DNA of 64,000 nt from Amoebidium appalachense (lineage: Eukaryota > Protista > Ichthyosporea). The notes below the pieces were generated by a model, which saw only the letters and a program-made list of their open reading frames with translations, had not been told where the DNA came from and did not search any database. The stretch is taken from assembly GCA_963693365.1 (NCBI GenBank), contig CAVNZM010000005.1, forward strand, positions 3,781,716 to 3,845,715. Direction: 5' to 3'. This document shows positions 48,742 to 64,000 of this stretch, in pieces (position 1 is the first letter of the stretch; each line of letters opens with the position of its first letter). Both the position numbers and the translations under genes were made by a program.

Positions 48742-51700
48742 CTATAATTTTGTAGTGATGTGTTTCTCAAGCCAATCAATACATCTAATAAACAGGTCGT
48801 AGTTACGCGTGTTTAGTATAAAATCAAGGATGTTGTAATTTACAGGTAGGCTATCTTTCTGGGTGTCTGTTGTGAATGTGACGTGTGTGTGTTGCGGTAT
48901 TATGTGGTCTATCAAACTACATTTGGCGATACATGACCGGTTAAACTGGTGTGTGTGTGTGTTGTTTGGGCATGCAAATGATGCCACCTTATACTTATTA
49001 GATCTCCACTGTATAGCACGTGTACAGTAAAAGCGTGGTAATTGATCAATAATACCATCAGCTAGAGAAAGACCAGTTCTACAGGAAGGTAATATGTATT
49101 TAGGTGTTATACACTTGCGAGTGCCATATTTGGCAATATGGTTGAGGCGGTCAGTATATATAAAACGAGACATAAGGCTTAGTTTTTCAAGGTGTATGCT
49201 TTCATCGGGTCTAGTGTCGTGTGGTATCTTTTTCCATTTGTTATATTGCGTGATTATCTTGTGATTGTGTACATGTTTAATAAGTAAGTGGCAGTCCAAA
49301 GTCACACACACACTATTGCGGGGTTTATTTGTATTTGTGCCCAGGGGAGAAGGGGAGAGAGAGGGGAGGAAAGAGGGGAGAGGTGAGGAGGGGACAGGTC
49401 GGATAGAGAAGAGAGGGTGGGAGGGCAAATACTTCTTTAAGCGGCTTATGTGCTTATTGAATTTCAGCGCGAGATAGGATACTCTAGCAGCTATTGGGAC
49501 CAGACCATATATCGAGAGCGTTACAGGCCCAGGTTTACAACAGTTGTTAGATAGAAAGGAGGCAACTTCTGCTTCAAGGAAATTTGCCAAGGGTTTAAGC
49601 GCTCTAGTTCTCTCTTTCTTGATCCAAGCGGCGAGAAGGGGTAAACCATATTCACATGCCGGGAAGACAAAAGTGCGAATAAATGTAAGTCTAATAGAAG
49701 GATGGAGGGGTGTGTCTTTAAAAATATTAGCCGAGAAGAAAGCTAACCGCTTACGAGCCAACTCTACCCTCTTTTCGACCATATGGGGAAACATAACACC
49801 AACAGAATCAACCGGAACACCAAGATATTTGTATTCTGGAACTATAGGTACAGGTTTAGATGATAATGTAAATGTGTGTAAATTGTTAGCTATATCAGGT
49901 ACAAGAACACCACATTTGTCTATGTTAAGGATCATAAGGTTTGCCTTGCACCACTCTGACACTACATCGAACAATCTTTGCAGGCGTCTAGGGGTACGGG
50001 CAAGGAGGGACAGATCATCAGCATAGAGAAGTGCAGGCGGAAAGTTATTAATAGGGTCATCGTTTTCGGCGTAAATCTTGACAGCCAAATCATCTATAAA
50101 TAGGTTAAACAAAAAGGGGCTAAGCAATGAACCCTGCAAGAGACCTCTAGTACGAGCAAAACCATATGAAAGATGCCCATTAACCACAGCTCTACCATAG
50201 GTTTGAGACAAGAGTGCTTCTAACAGAACACCAATGCAGTGTGGTACACCCCGTGCAGCAAGCTTTTCCCATAGGAGACCAGGGGAGACAGAATCGTAAG
50301 CAGTTTTCCAATCAATAAAGCCAACATATTGTGCACCAACTTGCATAGAATCGTGCAGTGCCATTATTTGAACATAACATGAATTGTTTTTACGAAAAGC
50401 GGATTGGCATGGGTGTATGTGAAGAATAGATTGAAACCTAGGGTGATGTGCAAATAACCTAAGTAAGCAAGCTTCAAAGAATCTACGAACAACCTGGGTT
50501 AGTGTAATGGGGCGAAAGGATGATATGGGGCCCTCAGAGTCCTTCTTAACTATGGGGATCACTAAGGTATCTAACCAAGATGACGGGACATGTCCACATT
50601 TAACACACCAAGAAAAGAGAGAGCTTAACATGATAGTAAGATCAGGTTTAATAGCACGATCACTTTCCTTTTGTGGGTAGGAGGGAACAAGGATTTTAAG
50701 AAACCCAGCAGGGAGTCCATCAGGTCCACAAGACTTACTAGAGCTATAACTAGATATCACAGACCATATGGCATCGGGACTGAAAAAGGGGAGGATCGAT
50801 TCTATGGGGATAGATGGGTCTACAGGCCACACAATAGGTTTCTGAGCGGGGGTCCTATCTTTAAACAGTTCCGAGAAATACTTATCAGAGTCTATGAGGG
50901 GGTCTCCAGTGGTATCACCAATAATACGAGCAGGGGGGCCAAATCGATTCATACTAGCAAGCCGGCGCAAGCTTTCCTTTTGAGACAGGGGTTCACCTAG
51001 TCTAGCGGGAGTGGTGTTTGGTAACAAGAGAGCATCGGGATATTCCTTCCTACCACCGCCAGCATAATCACCGAGATCTATCAAATCATCAACAATAAAG
51101 TTAGTGCATGTATCTAGTACGAGATGTGAATCTGGCCTGGCTTGTGCAGATTCTAATAGGCGCATATATATAGGGTGTTTCGTAGCATAGCATACACATA
51201 CATCAACTCTACCCCACTGTGACTTAAGCTGGGATAGACGGAGGCGAAAGGTGGGAGGGGGAGGGGGGAGCAGATCAAGGGAGATCTTAGGTAGGAAAAG
51301 GATAGGAGAGTGGTCAGATGACCTAGAGAGGTTAGGAGGGAGAGAGAGTTTTGACATGGTTGATGGCCAAAAGGCCACTCCCCAGTCGGTGTTGTGGGCA
51401 TGGGATATTTGAGGGAACCGCAAAGTGTGACTTTGGACATACCTTGCTAAAGGGATAGCACGCTCCGGGGGCTTAGATGGGTACCCGACACTCACTTGCA
51501 GTGTGTCTGTGTGGTGGAGTCGCGTGTTAAAATCACCTAAAATAACAGTGGACATTGGTAACTGTGACAACTCGTGAGTCAATTCGACAACCGACATAGA
51601 TGGTGGGTAATATACAAAAGTAAAAACATTAGAAAGAAACTCTATAGAAACCGAGAATTCCGTTTTTGCTACCGGTTTGCACTTCACTCTCACGTGTGGT

Positions 51701-51936
51701 GCGGCAAGTACAATAATGCCTCGGTTTTTCGCGTAACCGGGGTGTGTGGATGTGTCGACCAATGTAGAGTTGAATTTGTGGTGGTTTTTAAACTGTGTTT
51801 CGCAAATCACTGTAAACGTGTGGTTGTTTGTCTGTTGTTGTATGTAGCTGATTTTATCGTCGAGTGTCCCGGGGGGGAGGCCCTTTTGGGGGCCCAGTGT
51901 CCGAGCATTCCAGAAGAAGAAGGATAAATTAGGCAT
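48742..51936 (-). CDS. LINE ORF2 (APE + RT), copy 2, intact 1064 aa
   Basis: Same protein as 43611-46805 except IPNDT/IPHDT and KDRLP/KDSLP. Confidence 0.95.
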   Translation of the reverse strand: MPNLSFFFWNARTLGPQKGLPPGTLDDKISYIQQQTNNHTFTVICETQFKNHHKFNSTLVDTSTHPGYAKNRGIIVLAAPHVRVKCKPVAKTEFSVSIEFLSNVFTFVYYPPSMSVVELTHELSQLPMSTVILGDFNTRLHHTDTLQVSVGYPSKPPERAIPLARYVQSHTLRFPQISHAHNTDWGVAFWPSTMSKLSLPPNLSRSSDHSPILFLPKISLDLLPPPPPTFRLRLSQLKSQWGRVDVCVCYATKHPIYMRLLESAQARPDSHLVLDTCTNFIVDDLIDLGDYAGGGRKEYPDALLLPNTTPARLGEPLSQKESLRRLASMNRFGPPARIIGDTTGDPLIDSDKYFSELFKDRTPAQKPIVWPVDPSIPIESILPFFSPDAIWSVISSYSSSKSCGPDGLPAGFLKILVPSYPQKESDRAIKPDLTIMLSSLFSWCVKCGHVPSSWLDTLVIPIVKKDSEGPISSFRPITLTQVVRRFFEACLLRLFAHHPRFQSILHIHPCQSAFRKNNSCYVQIMALHDSMQVGAQYVGFIDWKTAYDSVSPGLLWEKLAARGVPHCIGVLLEALLSQTYGRAVVNGHLSYGFARTRGLLQGSLLSPFLFNLFIDDLAVKIYAENDDPINNFPPALLYADDLSLLARTPRRLQRLFDVVSEWCKANLMILNIDKCGVLVPDIANNLHTFTLSSKPVPIVPEYKYLGVPVDSVGVMFPHMVEKRVELARKRLAFFSANIFKDTPLHPSIRLTFIRTFVFPACEYGLPLLAAWIKKERTRALKPLANFLEAEVASFLSNNCCKPGPVTLSIYGLVPIAARVSYLALKFNKHISRLKKYLPSHPLFSIRPVPSSPLPSFLPSLSPSPLGTNTNKPRNSVCVTLDCHLLIKHVHNHKIITQYNKWKKIPHDTRPDESIHLEKLSLMSRFIYTDRLNHIAKYGTRKCITPKYILPSCRTGLSLADGIIDQLPRFYCTRAIQWRSNKYKVASFACPNNTHTHQFNRSCIAKCSLIDHIIPQHTHVTFTTDTQKDSLPVNYNILDFILNTRNYDLFIRCIDWLEKHITTKL

Positions 51937-52502
51937 CGGTTTGGTCCGACACCTGTGGGGTTGGTTCCCACTTGTCGCTTACGGGGTCGTATGCACGACC
52001 TTCCGCCAGCGCGAACAGTTCGCAGAAGAGCTCGATTTCCATCTCGCATCGGCGTTTGCGCTCGAGCAGTTTCTCACCAGAAAACATTGGTTCCTTCGTG
52101 TCCGTGTCTATCACGCTCGTAGCATCGTTTTCCAACTTTGCGAGGAACTCTTTTGCCTTGCTGATGCGTACACGACAACGTGTGGCGCACGCATTCTTAG
52201 CAGACACTTTACGTTCTTTGTCTGCTTTCTGAATGTTTTCCGGCGCGCATGGGTCGTAGCTTGGGAGGTGGGTGAAGAAGCTTCCACACCCCTTTGTCGC
52301 GTCACGGATGAACGCACGGTTATAGTCGCCCCGTACTGCTACTTCCAGCACATCGTATCCAATGAAGGACAGACAAAGGATGCGAGAGCACCGGAAGCCG
52401 AGAGCCTTGAAGATGGACCACATGGCCCTGTGTGGGCGTCTGCCGTGCTTGACTTTGAAATACACCCTCTCGTATTTGGGTGGGATGTTGATGTTACCGT
52501 TT
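51929..52502 (-). pseudogene. 5'-truncated ORF1 of LINE copy 2
   Basis: Identical to ORF1 from NGNINIPPK to the stop. The listed upstream start is flank sequence read through the junction. Confidence 0.85.
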
Positions 52503-52742
52503 ATGTGTGGTGGGCGGTTTACTCGCGGCTGCATACCTATCAATAAATGCAACCTGTTAGCTAACGTATTAGAACCGGAGGTTATTGGCGGTTTTATTCT
52601 CTTTTCTTCCTCTCTTCTTCATTATATCCGTTTTAAGATGACTATCCTAGATCACCTTATTAATGCTGCACAGTATGATATTGTGATCCGGTGCCTTAAC
52701 TATCTTTCGGAGCTACCGATGCTAGCCTCTGCTTACCCATAA
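52503..52742 (+). pseudogene. Decayed older LINE ORF2, fragment 3 of 3 (C-terminus)
   Basis: CGGRFTRGC...TILDHLINAAQYDIVIRCLNYL aligns by eye with the young ORF2 end QFNRSC...NILDFILNTRNYDLFIRCIDWL. Confidence 0.8.
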
Positions 52743-53310
52743 TATGTAATAGGGGTGTCATATACTACGATGGCGCTCATTGTTGCCTAGCATGTACATA
52801 TGTCACTGGCTGCATTTGATTGGCTGCGCTGGAAAACGCAGTAGGCCGTCGAATGTAGCTGGGCCTCCGGCAGTGTCCACGCAATAAAAAGTGTGTAAAC
52901 CCGTCCCGGAAGCCCCATTTACATCGTGATGTTTATTGATCTGGGGGGCTTCCGTGTCTGGGGTGACTCGATGTATATCTACGTCACACGTGGCCATTTC
53001 ACCGTGTCACGCACGACGTCCGTGAGCCATGGGCCATGGCCCATTTGCACATTGCATCAATGTTCAATGTCGTGTGAGTACCGTACGGTTGTGACTAAGT
53101 TGTGAAGCTACCGTAAGATTTCTCCGGGAAGAAAAAATGGTGTGACTGTACATACTCTGTATGAAAGAATCCTCCTTTCAAACAAATATCCCTGATCGAA
53201 GGCTCGGGAATCTGTGATTTGCCCGCAATCTTTTTATTGGCTGGAAGCTGCAGAGCGCCAATAAGCGCTTCGGAATCTGGCACGAGGGTAGAGAATAGAT
53301 CTATTCAAGA

Positions 53311-53360
<50 letters not shown>

Positions 53361-53822
53361 CCACCCACCCACCCAACCACTACCACCACCCGGCCACCCA
53401 CCCGTCACCACCACCATCAAAATTTCTCAAATTTGGCAAGCTTTGTTGGTTACACATGTGGCATCTTTATTTACAATCTGAAAAAGAATACAAAAATGCG
53501 CATGCCATGGCCTCGTCCTTGCCAGGTTGATTCGAATCGATCACGAACGGTTTCCCCCTTCCTATTCATTAAGTTTTGTCTTTTTTTTTTTTTTTGGACC
53601 CCCGGGGCCTGGGGGGATATAATGTGTGGTGTGTGCAACTTGAATTTGACTCTCAGTTACAGTACTAGAGAGTCACAAGATGTATTGAACGTTGAACGTA
53701 ATACGCAGAGGGGTCTTTTTGGCTTGCAAGCTGAGCCAATTCTCCCCAGTACTGTATGTGAAGATCTAGAGGTTTGAACTTCAACACCATTCATTCATAC
53801 ACGTCAGACTTGATTGCGTCAC

Positions 53823-53874
<52 letters not shown>

Positions 53875-54184
53875 GTGCGTGTGCGCGCGTGTTCTCATGG
53901 GTGTGTTTTGTTAACGTCACGAGAGAGTAAACCAAAAAATAACGGAAATTCAATACATAATACGGCCAATTTTTTCTTACATTCACACGTCCTGGCTGGT
54001 GACACGGCGTCTGCGTGTTCGCCAGTTTGCTACACTCGCCCGAGTGTATGTGTGTGTGTGTGTGCGTGTGTTCGTCAATTTGCTACACTGCGCCCGGGTG
54101 TGTGTGTGCGTGTGTATTTGCATGCCTGTGCGTGTATGTGCGTGTGCGTGTGCGTGTGCATGTGCGTGTGCATGTGTGTGTGCA

Positions 54185-54226
<42 letters not shown>

Positions 54227-54272
54227 GGTGTGTGTGTGCCTGTGCGTGCATGTGTGTACGTGTTTTTTTTTT

Positions 54273-54320
<48 letters not shown>

Positions 54321-54618
54321 TGTGTGCGTTTTGGGTGTATGCGAAAGTCTGCGCCTGTGGGTGTTATTATACATGATGCCTGTAACGTCCGAAAAGGGTG
54401 CAATGTCGGGGAAGGAGGAGGAGGAAGTGGTGGTGGATTAAGGGGGGAGGGGGGAGGGGGGGGGGGGTTGAGGACACAAAACCACCAGGAAGACAAAAAA
54501 AAAAAAAGGCGGGAAAGGCATAGAAGCAAGGGGGGAAGGAGGGAGGAAAGAAGGGCAGGGAAGCAGTGAGACATATTTTCCTCCACCTTTTTAGCAAACA
54601 AAATCATCCCCCCATCGG

Positions 54619-63235
<8,617 letters not shown>

Positions 63236-64000
63236 TGTGTATCACCAAAAAGCTAAGTTGCAAGGCACAGTGGGTTACGCGCAAAAAGAAGAACTACGCT
63301 CCCCCTCTCTTCGTTTGCTCACGGTAGGACTACTCTCCGACGGTCACCTTGTCAGTAAGTCGTCACCCCCTGTGAGGCGGGCAGCAAGGTCTTATCACTA
63401 CCATATCAGGTTATTTTTGTGATCTTTCAAGTTTTCGCGCGCTTTTTGACCAATCAATACACAGTTGGAAGTTGGAACTTGATGTTGCAACATGCGGTCG
63501 CTTTGAAGGGCGTGTGAAGAGCGCAAACTAGAACTAAACAACGTTAGTTTTGTCATGTTAGTAAAGGGCTTTTGAGTTTGGGGAGACCGGCTAAAGGAGG
63601 AATCGCTGATACAGTTTCTGAATTCGAGCGCAGGAGCTCATAAGTCTTCTGAAGTGCAGAAGCTCAGAGGCATATGTCACTTTATGTTTCCCTTACCTCT
63701 ATACCGCCGTTTCGTTTCTGAGGTGAAGGGATCTTATACCAACTCACTAAGAAACCTAAACTAAAGACCCTCACTAGTAGAGAAAGAAATCTCTTGCATC
63801 AGGCATAGAGGCAAGGTCAATTTAAGTGACCCACAGAACAGTCAACTTAAAACATCCGCCCAAGATAGTCTCCCCATGTCAGGATGAGTTCTCTACTGAA
63901 GTCTAGTTTCTTGCTCGGGGCAAGGCGGTTATCTAGGCACCCTTTAGTGACCAGAACAAGAGGGTATGCTACCAATACAAACTATGACGTGGCTCAGTTT

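Larger units (their letters stand above)
48394..52502 (-). mobile_element. Young LINE copy 2, 5'-truncated inside ORF1, with the same post-poly(A) segment
   Basis: Reverse complement of 43045-47163. The poly(A) is 43 nt versus 53 nt, and I see about four substitutions (N/H, R/S and two synonymous). The flanks rejoin the old LINE as ...RMCN|MCGGRF with only 1-2 bp overlap. Confidence 0.92.

Noticed and set aside
48105-48755. 216-aa ORF spanning old LINE, terminal segment, poly(T) and (TG)n
   Set aside because: It is chimeric read-through across an insertion junction, not a real gene.
52745-52756. 12-bp match tgtaataggggt to the copy-2 junction (48387-48398), suggesting a TSD
   Set aside because: It lies ~240 bp beyond the true junction, which is fixed by old-LINE frame continuity at 52503, and part of the first copy is element sequence. 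It is likely chance.

Overview
This is eukaryotic, intron-rich genomic DNA. The gene content suggests a non-metazoan opisthokont, possibly a unicellular holozoan, but that is inference only. Introns are saturated with poly(G/C), (CA/TG)n and (GA/TC)n tracts, so most ORFs in the supplied track are spurious. I rebuilt five spliced genes by hand from GT-AG junctions: an RGS-domain gene (-, 3' end unresolved), a Met30/SconB-type F-box/WD40 gene (-), coilin (+), a Mn-type CDF transporter (-) and DPH7 (-). The accessory content includes two near-identical young APE-RT non-LTR retrotransposons, one full length (+) and one 5'-truncated (-). Both are inserted tail-to-tail into the same decayed related LINE, making a ~4.1-kb inverted repeat. 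The most unusual feature is that both copies continue after their poly(A) into the same ~196-bp, apparently structured segment ending in AAACCCC. That segment, not the poly(A), is joined to the target DNA. Also present are a C-tailed SINE-like family found only in introns and always sense to the host gene, a PIF/Harbinger MITE (TAA TSD), a TA-flanked TIR element and several short tandem duplications.
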